DNA of 41,795 nt from a virus. Below the pieces are notes generated by a model. That model did not search any database, was not told where the DNA came from, and saw only the letters and a list, made by a program, of their open reading frames with translations. Shown here piece after piece: positions 7,175-14,863 of the stretch. The stretch covers positions 1 to 41,795 of the IMG/VR virus record IMGVR_UViG_3300043675_000009; one strand, written 5' to 3'. The position numbers were made by a program, and so were the translations under genes. Position 1 is the first letter of the stretch, and each line of letters begins with the position of its first letter.

Positions 7175-8095
7175 TCACAACCCCAGGTTGTCGTTCACGG
7201 CAGTCTCGAGATTCTGCAGCGTGCCCAGATAGAGCTGGGTGGTGCGAATCGATTCGTGCCCCAGCATAAATTGAATTTGCTCGATGTCGCCGCCCTTAGT
7301 GCGGCACAGCTTCGCGCAGGTCCTGCGCAGATCGTGGGGCCCAAGGTGCGCGACGCCGATCCGCGCGGCCGCCTGGCTGACGATCTCCCAGATTGCGTAT
7401 TCGCTGAGCCCCTCCGGCGAGAGCGTGAGCCGGCGGATGAGACGGCCCTCCGCGATAGGTTTGCCGACAGCAAGAGCGGCGGCTCTCCATTGATCGATCG
7501 CCACCATCACCCAGCCCGGCACCGCGACCGTTCTGGTCCGGCCGCCCTTGCCGATGATATCGGCCAGCACCCAGCGATTGTCGCGGCGCTGCAGGGTGTC
7601 GACCTCGAGCACTGCGAGCTCGTTGCGGCGCAGGGCGCAGCCGATGAACAGGGCGAGGACGCAGTAGTTGCGTTTGCCGCGCAGGATCTTGCGGTTGGGA
7701 AGGGCGAGGATCTGGCGGGTCTGTTCGCGGGTCAGCCAGTTGCCGCTTCGCGTTCCGCGCTGCGGGAGGCCCTTCACCTCCAGCAGCTCGGAAGCCTCCT
7801 GCCCATCGATCACTCCGGTTCTCCGGGCCTCGCGCACCAGCCTGCGGACGGCCGAGAGCTGCAGGTTGACGGTAGCCGAAGAGATCCTGGTGGCCAGGGC
7901 CGCGCGCCACTCCAGGAGCAGCGCGAGGGTCACTGGCCGCCCGGCGGAGAAGGTGAACAGATCCTCGATCGCATGCCGGTAAGCCCGGCGGGTATTGGGG
8001 GAGGGAAGCGAGGCTAAAACCAAATCGATAAGGGCCGTTGGCTTGCTGCCTCGGACCAGCAGACCGGCCGCGGGTTTGATAGTTCTACCTCGCAT
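7175..8095 (-). CDS. int: Tyrosine recombinase / phage integrase (XerC/D-like)
   Basis: Catalytic-domain motifs ALFIGCALRRNELAVLEV, GKGGRTRTVAVP, HDLRRTCAKL and LGHESIRTTQLYLG, including the terminal Tyr. Confidence 0.9.
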   Translation of the reverse strand: MRGRTIKPAAGLLVRGSKPTALIDLVLASLPSPNTRRAYRHAIEDLFTFSAGRPVTLALLLEWRAALATRISSATVNLQLSAVRRLVREARRTGVIDGQEASELLEVKGLPQRGTRSGNWLTREQTRQILALPNRKILRGKRNYCVLALFIGCALRRNELAVLEVDTLQRRDNRWVLADIIGKGGRTRTVAVPGWVMVAIDQWRAAALAVGKPIAEGRLIRRLTLSPEGLSEYAIWEIVSQAAARIGVAHLGPHDLRRTCAKLCRTKGGDIEQIQFMLGHESIRTTQLYLGTLQNLETAVNDNLGL

Positions 8096-8099
8096 TATT

Positions 8100-8212
8100 T
8101 GGCAGTTTACACTGGATGCGACAAGTGATATTGTCAGGGGGTTATTTCATAAGTGCGAAGTCTGGCATTTATACCCTTGCACCTAGAGAGGTCCAAAACA
8201 TAGGCAAATGCC
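8100..8212. promoter_or_regulatory. Three operator-like GGCA(G/T)TT(T/G) sites in the divergent int / early-operon intergenic region
   Basis: TGGCAGTTTA at 8100..8109, TGGCATTTAT at 8163..8172, and an inverted copy GGCAAATGCC at 8203..8212. Confidence 0.3.
8168..8196 (-). promoter_or_regulatory. Sigma70-like leftward promoter for the int-to-rep arm
   Basis: On the minus strand: TTGGAC (8191..8196), 17-nt spacer, TATAAA (8168..8173). The -10 overlaps the operator-like site at 8163..8172. Confidence 0.4.
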
Positions 8213-8233
8213 GGGCTTCAGCAAGGTCCTGAA

Positions 8234-8782
8234 TTGGCGCGAACCATCTCATGGCTCACTCGCCTGCAGGAGATTCAAAGGTCAGTTAAGGGGTCTGCGC
8301 GAACGCATTACAACCGTCGGGAACTGGAATTGCTCTTCGGTCTGGGTCCGCGCATGGCCGGAAAGATGATCGAAATGCTCGACACCGAACCGGTTGGGCC
8401 TTCCCGCCTGGTTCGACGCGAAGTTCTACTACGATTTCTGGAGCGGGTGAGCAAAGCCGACGATGTGGCGGCTCTGTATCGCAAGCTCCGCAAGAGGAAG
8501 CATGATCCATCCTGGAACAAACCGCGGGCGATGGTGCTCGAGGATCACGAGCCGCGGGAGATGCCAGCCCTCCCCGATTGGATCTCCCTCTCCCGCGGCC
8601 TGCTCTCGATTCGCTTTCAGATCACCGAGCAACTGGTCCAGGGACTGGCGCTTGTGGAGCGCATGGTCCAGACCAACGGCGATGAATTCGCCCTGAACTT
8701 CGAGCCAGAAGAAAAGGGACCTTCGGAGTTCGACAGAGCAGTAGGGATGAGAGGATGGCAGGTGCGCAGGCCATCCGAGTAA
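8234..8782 (+). CDS. Hypothetical protein, paralog A of 9482..10042
   Basis: The TTG start gives MARTISWLTRLQEIQRSV, which aligns residue-for-residue with MARTASWLPRLHEIRRSV of the paralog. Shared blocks ELLF, LPDWI and TEQL..GL....R......GDEFA..(F/Y)EP. Confidence 0.65.
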   Translation: MARTISWLTRLQEIQRSVKGSARTHYNRRELELLFGLGPRMAGKMIEMLDTEPVGPSRLVRREVLLRFLERVSKADDVAALYRKLRKRKHDPSWNKPRAMVLEDHEPREMPALPDWISLSRGLLSIRFQITEQLVQGLALVERMVQTNGDEFALNFEPEEKGPSEFDRAVGMRGWQVRRPSE

Positions 8783-8794
8783 AGGTGGTTTGCG

Positions 8795-9319
8795 ATGGAA
8801 ATTCCGGCGAACATCGTTTCGACAGCTATCCCCGAGACGGTCAAAGCGTGGTGGATGCCCGCCGAGAAAACTGAATATCCGGATGGCCCCTGGCAGGGCG
8901 AGCCCGACAAGGTGCAATGGGTCGATCGAGCGACCAGGCTGCCGTGCCTGATCGTGCGCGGTCCGGTGGGCGCTCTATGCGGTTATGCGGGTGTGACTCC
9001 CGGACACCCGCTGTTCCGTAAGCCGAGCCACGACGAGGGTGTGCAGGATCTGAGCTGTGCCCGCGATATCAACTATGCCCGAGGTTGCGATCACTACCCT
9101 GATCCCTCTCAGGGAATCTGCCACATTCCCGAGCCTGGCGCCTCCGACGATGTGTGGTGGTTTGGCTTTGACTGCGCCCATTGTTTCGATCTTGTGCCCG
9201 GATTTCTCCATCTCTTCCAGTACGGCGAAGTCAGGCTCTTAGGACTGAAATACCGCGACATCGATTGGGCCGCGCGAGCTGTGACAAAGCTCGCCGCACA
9301 ACTCCACCAGCGAGGCTAA
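8795..9319 (+). CDS. Conserved hypothetical phage/plasmid protein (WWFGFDCAH motif)
   Basis: AAAGGTGG RBS. Motifs GEPDKVQWVD, GALCGYAGV and DDVWWFGFDCAHCFD resemble a widespread uncharacterised family. Confidence 0.65.
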   Translation: MEIPANIVSTAIPETVKAWWMPAEKTEYPDGPWQGEPDKVQWVDRATRLPCLIVRGPVGALCGYAGVTPGHPLFRKPSHDEGVQDLSCARDINYARGCDHYPDPSQGICHIPEPGASDDVWWFGFDCAHCFDLVPGFLHLFQYGEVRLLGLKYRDIDWAARAVTKLAAQLHQRG

Positions 9320-9346
9320 CTGGGGACTGCAAAAAACGGAGGGTAG

Positions 9347-9478
9347 TTGAGCATAGAGATTCAGAACCCACCCAATACAGCCCCACCCGTCGAGCGTGTC
9401 TGGATGTTTATTTCGAGAGACGCCGAGGGCCGCGAGAATGTCTGCGGCGCCCACCGCGAAGAGATCGAGGGCTGGTAA
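9347..9478 (+). CDS. Possible 43-aa ORF (TTG start) or 24-aa ORF from ATG 9404
   Basis: GGAGGG lies 4 nt before the TTG. The ORF fills the gap before 9482. Weak evidence only. Confidence 0.25.
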   Translation: MSIEIQNPPNTAPPVERVWMFISRDAEGRENVCGAHREEIEGW

Positions 9479-9481
9479 CTC

Positions 9482-10042
9482 ATGGCCCGCACCGCGTCCT
9501 GGTTGCCGCGCCTGCATGAGATCCGCCGCTCGGTGGAGAATTCGGTGCGATCGCACTATGACCGCCGCGACCTGGAGCTGCTGTTCAAGCTGCAGCGCCG
9601 CCAGGCCGGTAAGCTGCTCGATCTACTCCCCACGGTCGCGATCGGCTCCTCGCACCTGGTGGAGCGCGAGGCGCTGCGGAAGTTCCTGCAGATGGTAAGC
9701 GAAGCGGAGGACGTTACCGCGTTGTTCCTGCGTAAGCGTCTCGAAAAGGAGAAGGTCTCCTACCGCAGAGCGCGATCGCTGGTGCGGCGCGATCTCGATC
9801 CGGTTGGTTTGTCTTCGCTGCCTGACTGGATTGTGCTGGTGCGCGGCCGGCTGGCGGTGGACTTCAAAACCACGGAGCAGCTGGCCGAGGGGCTGCTGAT
9901 GCTGGCTCGAATCCTCGAGAGTGACGGCGACGAGTTTGCCGCAACCTACGAACCGAAGAAGTCCACGACCGATCCGGCCGGGGCGGAGGTTCGCCAGATG
10001 TTTCATGAACTGGAAGAGATGGAGGGCGCCCATGGGCAATAA
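9482..10042 (+). CDS. Hypothetical protein, paralog B of 8234..8782
   Basis: ATG start. Roughly 40 percent identity by eye to paralog A over the full length. Confidence 0.7.
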   Translation: MARTASWLPRLHEIRRSVENSVRSHYDRRDLELLFKLQRRQAGKLLDLLPTVAIGSSHLVEREALRKFLQMVSEAEDVTALFLRKRLEKEKVSYRRARSLVRRDLDPVGLSSLPDWIVLVRGRLAVDFKTTEQLAEGLLMLARILESDGDEFAATYEPKKSTTDPAGAEVRQMFHELEEMEGAHGQ

Positions 10043-10244
10043 ACCTGCGAATCAGCATCAGCATGCCACAACTCAAAAGCCGCCAGTCCAGAAGCTGCGC
10101 GGCCGGCAGACAAAGGCCGCAATTCAACGCAACGCCGAGATGGATAAAGCTCTGGCGCAGGCAGCCTACGACCGTGCCAATGCCTGGGCACTGAGCCCGG
10201 CGGGCACACCCTACGGCAGTACCGGCGAGGCAGATCGTGGCTGA
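10032..10244 (+). CDS. Basic 70-aa hypothetical protein
   Basis: GGAGGG RBS 5 nt before ATG 10032. Overlaps the end of the previous gene by 11 nt. Confidence 0.45.
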   Translation: MGNKPANQHQHATTQKPPVQKLRGRQTKAAIQRNAEMDKALAQAAYDRANAWALSPAGTPYGSTGEADRG

Positions 10245-10413
10245 CATCCGCACCTGCAACCTCTGCATCCGCCGCTCGGTCGGCGGCCTTATGCACTTTT
10301 GCCGCGGTTGCTTATCTTTCGTCTGTACGCGGACGGCGTGCGAAACGCTCCACACGAAGAAATGTAAAGTCGCACTCGCCAGGCCAATCCTATGCGGAAA
10401 GGAATCGCCATGA
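10237..10413 (+). CDS. 58-aa Cys-rich (zinc-ribbon-like) protein
   Basis: The GTG start overlaps the upstream stop. CNLC...CRGC...C...C...C pattern. Its stop overlaps the next ATG (ATGA). Confidence 0.4.
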   Translation: MADIRTCNLCIRRSVGGLMHFCRGCLSFVCTRTACETLHTKKCKVALARPILCGKESP

Positions 10414-10856
10414 GCACGCAAAAGGATGTGTGGGTTGCGTTCTCCACCCCGAGCACGCCGAAGCGGAGCCGTTTCAAAGAGATTTTTCTAGGGAGCGAAG
10501 CCATGAGCACACCCGGAATCACGCGCGGCTGTCTGGTGCACCTGATCGAGCGGCGCGGCGAACAGAACGTCCATCACGACGCGCTAGTGCTGAATATGTC
10601 GATGGCGCCGGAGATGTCTGGCACCCGAGGCGAGATGGCGATCGACGCCGTCTTCGTCAATGCGCTGCGCGCTCCCTCCGAAGACTGGCGGGAGGACCTG
10701 ATGCTGATCCGCGATGTCGTCCACGTCTCGCATCACGACTGGATCGAGCGTCGCTGCTGCATCGCCTACGAAGAAGAGCGTACTTTCGTTGTCGGAAATG
10801 TGACTGGCAGCTTCGGCATCATGCCACGCTATCTCACCCAGGGGGAAACACTATGA
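10410..10856 (+). CDS. Hypothetical protein, 148 aa
   Basis: ATG 10410 (MSTQKDV) after AAGGAA, with ATGA coupling at both ends. Confidence 0.6.
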   Translation: MSTQKDVWVAFSTPSTPKRSRFKEIFLGSEAMSTPGITRGCLVHLIERRGEQNVHHDALVLNMSMAPEMSGTRGEMAIDAVFVNALRAPSEDWREDLMLIRDVVHVSHHDWIERRCCIAYEEERTFVVGNVTGSFGIMPRYLTQGETL

Positions 10857-11050
10857 GCAAAAAAGTTCCTGAGCCCACGATGCAGATGCTCCTCGACGCC
10901 GGCATAAATGGCTTCGCCTTGGAGCTGCTGTCGGAATCGCTGGCGGGGAAGAAGGATATTCGCACCTTCAAACCATTGCGTTTCGAGTTTCGCGGAGTGA
11001 TTTATACGTTCGAGCCTGCCATCTCACCCGAGGAGGAAACACCACCATGA
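10853..11050 (+). CDS. Hypothetical protein, 65 aa
   Basis: ATGA coupling to both neighbours. Part of track ORF 10430..11050. Confidence 0.5.
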   Translation: MSKKVPEPTMQMLLDAGINGFALELLSESLAGKKDIRTFKPLRFEFRGVIYTFEPAISPEEETPP

Positions 11051-11286
11051 TCACCGCGCTCCAGATTGCGAAGAGCGAAGCGCTTTTTCTCAACGACCGC
11101 ATTCCCAGCAGCCGTGGGCTGTTGCGCATCACTGCCTACTGGGGTGATGCCGCGCTGGGCTACATCGAGCAGGGAAGGATATTCGATGCCGGCAGCGCAG
11201 CCAAACACTCCGCCCACTATGGATACCTTGCGCTGCGGGATCAACCGCCGCCGCCTGACCGAATCGCGATGAGGCCTGCAGCATGA
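11047..11286 (+). CDS. Hypothetical protein, 79 aa
   Basis: Track ORF with ATGA coupling on both sides. Confidence 0.5.
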   Translation: MITALQIAKSEALFLNDRIPSSRGLLRITAYWGDAALGYIEQGRIFDAGSAAKHSAHYGYLALRDQPPPPDRIAMRPAA

Positions 11287-11708
11287 GGCCTCCCAAAGTG
11301 GTGCTGTGCGTCGCATCGAGTGAGCAGAAGCTCTCGATTCAGAGGTTCGTCCTGGACACCTGGGGATATCGCGTTCAGGGCGCGACCTCGGCCAGCGACG
11401 CGCTGCGCATCTTACAGCGAGAGGAGCCGGGCACAATCGATCTATTGATTCTCAACTTGCCTCTTGCCGCGCACCACAAACTGATCGAAGCTGCAATCGA
11501 GGCCCAACCCGAGATCCGCACGGTGGCGATCAGCGCGACGCCGGATTGCGACCACACCTGCAAGGTCGACGTCTTCCTGCCCGAAGGCAACAACTTTTCC
11601 GCGGAGCTGCACGAGCGCATGAGAATTCTGGTCACGCGCAGGCGTGGGCCAAAGAAGAAGCCGATGGACTCGATCGCGCCGCAACGCCAGGAGGCCCACT
11701 ATGGATAA
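11283..11708 (+). CDS. Stand-alone CheY-like receiver domain lacking phospho-acceptor residues (pseudo-receiver)
   Basis: Alternating beta/alpha pattern VVLCVASSEQ...ALRIL...IDLLILNLPL...TVAISAT...VDVFLPEG. The acidic pair is replaced by SS/EQ, the D57-equivalent is N, and no conserved Lys precedes the Pro. Confidence 0.55.
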   Translation: MRPPKVVLCVASSEQKLSIQRFVLDTWGYRVQGATSASDALRILQREEPGTIDLLILNLPLAAHHKLIEAAIEAQPEIRTVAISATPDCDHTCKVDVFLPEGNNFSAELHERMRILVTRRRGPKKKPMDSIAPQRQEAHYG

Positions 11709-12027
11709 ACCGATGATCATTTCGTTTGTGTTGAATGCGTTTACCTGGATTGTATTGGGTTGCGGAATTGCGATGACCCTGAAGACGCGAAGACGACTGC
11801 GCTCGATGCACGTCGCCCTTCTCGCCCTCGCTGCCTTGGAAGAGTCGGTGAAACTACAGAGTCACTATGCCAGTCTTTTAAATCAATATGACGGTGGCGA
11901 ACGGATGCAGTTCGCCAGCGCCCAGGAGTGGATCGATCGACTCATCAAAATCGAAAGGTTAACCAATGTCCGTGGACGTGCGCCTGGAAGAAAGTCAAAG
12001 GCAAATGACGCTGCTGGCACTTGCTAA
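11701..12027 (+). CDS. Membrane protein, 108 aa
   Basis: ATG 11701 overlaps the upstream stop. One TM segment (IISFVLNAFTWIVLGCGIAMTL). Confidence 0.5.
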   Translation: MDKPMIISFVLNAFTWIVLGCGIAMTLKTRRRLRSMHVALLALAALEESVKLQSHYASLLNQYDGGERMQFASAQEWIDRLIKIERLTNVRGRAPGRKSKANDAAGTC

Positions 12028-12151
12028 GCTCTCCATTGAGAGGCCGGGATGGCTGGATGCTCTCGAAGAAGTGGCCTTGCTGATGGACAACTCGATCGAT
12101 GGCAAGCCTGAGTTGTTTAGCAAATTTCGCACGCTTCATTCGGATCGCTAG
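11966..12151 (+). CDS. Hypothetical protein, 61 aa
   Basis: Track ORF. Overlaps the previous gene's 3' end by 62 nt. The sequence RQMTLLALAKLSIERPGWLDALEEVA looks protein-like. Confidence 0.45.
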   Translation: MSVDVRLEESQRQMTLLALAKLSIERPGWLDALEEVALLMDNSIDGKPELFSKFRTLHSDR

Positions 12152-12193
12152 ACTTCTAAAAACGGGAAAGATCACCGGAGCTGGGCATTAGCC

Positions 12194-12388
12194 ATGAGCT
12201 ATGACGTGAACGGATGGAACTGGCAGGACACAGTTGCGATGATTGTGACCTGGATCGTGCTGCCTGCTTTTCTCTTCTACATGAAACATCGGTCCGATCG
12301 CCGCTGGCGCAGGGTTCGCGAGCGCGACCTGCTCGACGAACTGCTTACCCTTGAGAAGTATTTTGGAAAGAGAGAAAAGCCACAATGA
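12194..12388 (+). CDS. Small membrane protein, 64 aa
   Basis: One TM segment (VAMIVTWIVLPAFLFY) followed by a basic tail. ATGA coupling to the next gene. Confidence 0.5.
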   Translation: MSYDVNGWNWQDTVAMIVTWIVLPAFLFYMKHRSDRRWRRVRERDLLDELLTLEKYFGKREKPQ

Positions 12389-12762
12389 AGGTTTTCGATT
12401 GCAGCGATCCTCCGATCGCGGGCACGGCGTGCGTGAACTGCAAAAACAGGGGACACTTCTGCCCCGCGAAAGGCTACCTCGATGATGTCGCCGTTTGCAG
12501 CGCGTGCGGCGAAGACAAACCGTGCGAGCGCTCGATCACAATCGCGAAGATGCATGAAGATCATGATCAGTTAGCCGGGAAGGCCTCAACCGCGTCGGGT
12601 CTCGAAGAGCGGCGCTGCACCGACTGTCGCGGCAAGCTGGGCGATCAGGCGAGAGGAACCATGTGCTGGCCATGCCGAAGATGGAAGAATGCCCAGGCCG
12701 AGAAAGCTGCGAAGCGGTGCGCCAAGGCGCGAGCCGCGAAAGCAGGGAAGAGGTTTGCGTGA
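12385..12762 (+). CDS. Cys-rich protein with basic C-terminal tail, 125 aa
   Basis: CVNC...C...CSAC...C and CTDC...CWPC pairs suggest two zinc ribbons. Confidence 0.55.
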   Translation: MKVFDCSDPPIAGTACVNCKNRGHFCPAKGYLDDVAVCSACGEDKPCERSITIAKMHEDHDQLAGKASTASGLEERRCTDCRGKLGDQARGTMCWPCRRWKNAQAEKAAKRCAKARAAKAGKRFA

Positions 12763-12971
12763 TGAGAACTTTAGAACTGACCGATGATGAGTGCGATCTT
12801 TTGACCCGCGCGCTGGGGATGGCCACGGCGACGGCCATCAAAAATGATTACCAGAAATTGGCGCTGTCGTTCCTTGATCTCGCGACTTCAGTTCATCGAA
12901 GCAATCCCAACTGGACTCCCTACCAGGTTGATCATGAGCAGGGGCTTAATATTGCCAGACAGCGCAGATGA
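12762..12971 (+). CDS. Hypothetical protein, 69 aa
   Basis: The ATG overlaps the upstream TGA (TGATG). Internal start of track ORF 12663..12971. Confidence 0.5.
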   Translation: MRTLELTDDECDLLTRALGMATATAIKNDYQKLALSFLDLATSVHRSNPNWTPYQVDHEQGLNIARQRR

Positions 12972-13029
12972 GTGCGGTGTACGATCGGCGGCAAAGGATG
13001 TTGCAAAACCCGCTGTAAAACGGAGGATT

Positions 13030-13362
13030 ATGAATAACGAAGCACAGCCCAATACCCTCACGCCAGCGCAGACCGAACGGCTGGCAGTTTTGCAGGAACA
13101 ACTCGGCACAGCACAGCAGGCGATCGGAACGATCCAGCGCTGGGGTTTTGCAAGAGTCGATCCTGCTCTCGGTCATGGCACACAGCTCACCAACCGTAAA
13201 CGGCTCGAAACTGCGCTGGGCGGAGTGATCTGCATCACCGGCCTTATGGCCACAAACAGCGACCTGGTCAAAGGCGAGATCGAGGCCGCGACAAAAAACA
13301 AAACCGAGGAAATACCGCCGTCTCTGATTCATCAGGACGAAACGGTCTACGCCACCGGATAG
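13030..13362 (+). CDS. Hypothetical protein, 110 aa (weak MazG-like helical layout)
   Basis: GGAGG RBS 4 nt before ATG 13030. Internal start of track ORF 12844..13362. Confidence 0.5.
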   Translation: MNNEAQPNTLTPAQTERLAVLQEQLGTAQQAIGTIQRWGFARVDPALGHGTQLTNRKRLETALGGVICITGLMATNSDLVKGEIEAATKNKTEEIPPSLIHQDETVYATG

Positions 13363-13367
13363 ATTTC

Positions 13368-13928
13368 TTAGTCTGCCCTCGGGTAAACGCAGGCGTAGGA
13401 GCTGGTCGGGCAATCCTGCTCGATCGGCTCCAGCTCTGCGAACATGTCAGGTTTGTCGACGCCGGCAACCTCGTCATAGGTCGCTTCGCTGGCGAGTGGC
13501 AATAGAAACTGGCCTGCGATCGCGATCGGCATTCCCGCACACGTCAGCACCATGGCGCGTCGCATATAGACCAGGCGATACCACACTTCCAACCACGCCT
13601 TCTTCAGCACCTTATCGATCTCGCGGACTAGACGCTTGCGCTCCGCTGCAGCATCGATATCCAGCCAGTGACAAGCACAACCGAAGCTGCGCTCCCACTC
13701 ATGCCGATCGCTCTCCTGCGGTTGTAGGTCGGCAATCCACCATCGTGCGAGGATCGCCAGATCTGTGGGCAGGCCATCGGCCGTCTTCTTCGCTTCATCT
13801 ACAGCATGGTTGAGTAAACGCCGCCACACCAGAAGTGGAGGATCGGCACGTTTGGAGACGAGTGCCTTGGGCTGGGCAAACCCTCGGTCGTCGCGTTCGG
13901 CATCAATGTGGGTTCTGAGTATTGCCAT
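13368..13928 (-). CDS. Hypothetical protein, 186 aa
   Basis: Track ORF, convergent with the early operon. No recognisable motif. Confidence 0.6.
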   Translation of the reverse strand: MAILRTHIDAERDDRGFAQPKALVSKRADPPLLVWRRLLNHAVDEAKKTADGLPTDLAILARWWIADLQPQESDRHEWERSFGCACHWLDIDAAAERKRLVREIDKVLKKAWLEVWYRLVYMRRAMVLTCAGMPIAIAGQFLLPLASEATYDEVAGVDKPDMFAELEPIEQDCPTSSYACVYPRAD

Positions 13929-14057
13929 CGTTCAGTGCACCTGGGGAGCGGGGCCTCTCTAAGGTTCAGAGAAATTGAATAGTATGCGGAGTCGCAATCG
14001 CTGAGCGTTCGTATGCGCACACAGCGTGTAGAGCAACGCTGCGCAGAAGCGGTGTGT

Positions 14058-14087
14058 TTGACGGCATTTGCGTGCATGCCTCATAAC
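14058..14087 (+). promoter_or_regulatory. Promoter-family copy D: TTGACG-N18-CATAAC, upstream of terS
   Basis: TTTGACGGCATTTGCGTGCATGCCTCATAAC shares the -35 box, the T-run and spacer pattern and the -10 box with copies A, B, C and E. Confidence 0.35.
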
Positions 14088-14296
14088 CTACTCGGCCAGC
14101 CATCGTGATACCGCACAGTCTCATTCGCTCATCGCATGAGCCCACGGCCGACGGGCTGGCCGCCTGTATGCAAGGAAGGTCCTTAGGGCGACCGGGCCTC
14201 GACGGGTCCTCCCCGAACTTCACGCGCAGCGGGTGACGCGCTACCGCGCGGGCGGTTTAGCTACGAGATTTTTTAAATGTTTTTCCGTTTCCGCTT

Positions 14297-14863
14297 ATGG
14301 CCAAGTCCAAACAGCCCGCGAAGAGAGAATTTTTGGCCATCGACGACGTCGCGGAGCTCCTCTTCGTCACTGATCGAACAATCCGCAACTGGCTCAAAGA
14401 CAAAGCGATGCCTTCGACCTCGGACGAGCGAGGGCGCCGTTTCGCCTGGGCGGAGGTCCTTCCCTGGTACGTGAAGATGCGGGCCGACGAGGACGGAAAT
14501 GCGCGGAAATCGCCGCTCCCCTGGCCTGTCACGAAGGCCCCAGAAGCTCCCGAAGATCCAGAGGAGCAGAAGGAGTACCTCTCCCACGCGATGCTGCGTA
14601 AGACGATCGCCGAGGCGGACCTGAAAGAGCTCGAGCTCGGGGAGCGCCGCCGCCAGGTGGTCGCGCTCGAGGATGTGTCTCGCACCATGCAGGACACAGC
14701 CAAGGCTCTGCAGACGGCGATTCTGGCGTGGCCCACCCTGATGGTCGATCGCATCCTCAGCGTGCGCGATCGCGATCGGCTCTTCACCCTGCTCACCAGG
14801 TCGGCGCGCGACCTCTGTGCTCGCCTAGCTGGGCTGGAAAACAAGGCTACGGACGATGCCTAG
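14297..14863 (+). CDS. terS: Terminase small subunit (lambda Nu1-like, N-terminal MerR-type HTH)
   Basis: LAIDDVAELLFVTDRTIRNWLKDKAMP...WAEVLPWY is an HTH. ADLKELELGERRRQVVALEDV is a typical TerS coiled coil. The gene lies immediately upstream of and overlapping terL. Confidence 0.75.
   Translation: MAKSKQPAKREFLAIDDVAELLFVTDRTIRNWLKDKAMPSTSDERGRRFAWAEVLPWYVKMRADEDGNARKSPLPWPVTKAPEAPEDPEEQKEYLSHAMLRKTIAEADLKELELGERRRQVVALEDVSRTMQDTAKALQTAILAWPTLMVDRILSVRDRDRLFTLLTRSARDLCARLAGLENKATDDA

Noticed and set aside
7175-8233. attP core or tRNA fragment next to the integrase.
   Set aside because: No tRNA-like T-arm/acceptor sequence (GGTTCGAAT-type) or longer host-like segment could be recognised by eye in 8096..8233 or elsewhere. 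Integration is therefore neither supported nor excluded.
13966-14223. 85-aa minus-strand ORF in the terS upstream gap.
   Set aside because: It has no RBS and an odd composition. It overlaps the promoter-like motif and the nested inverted repeats. The region is more plausibly non-coding (cos/regulatory).
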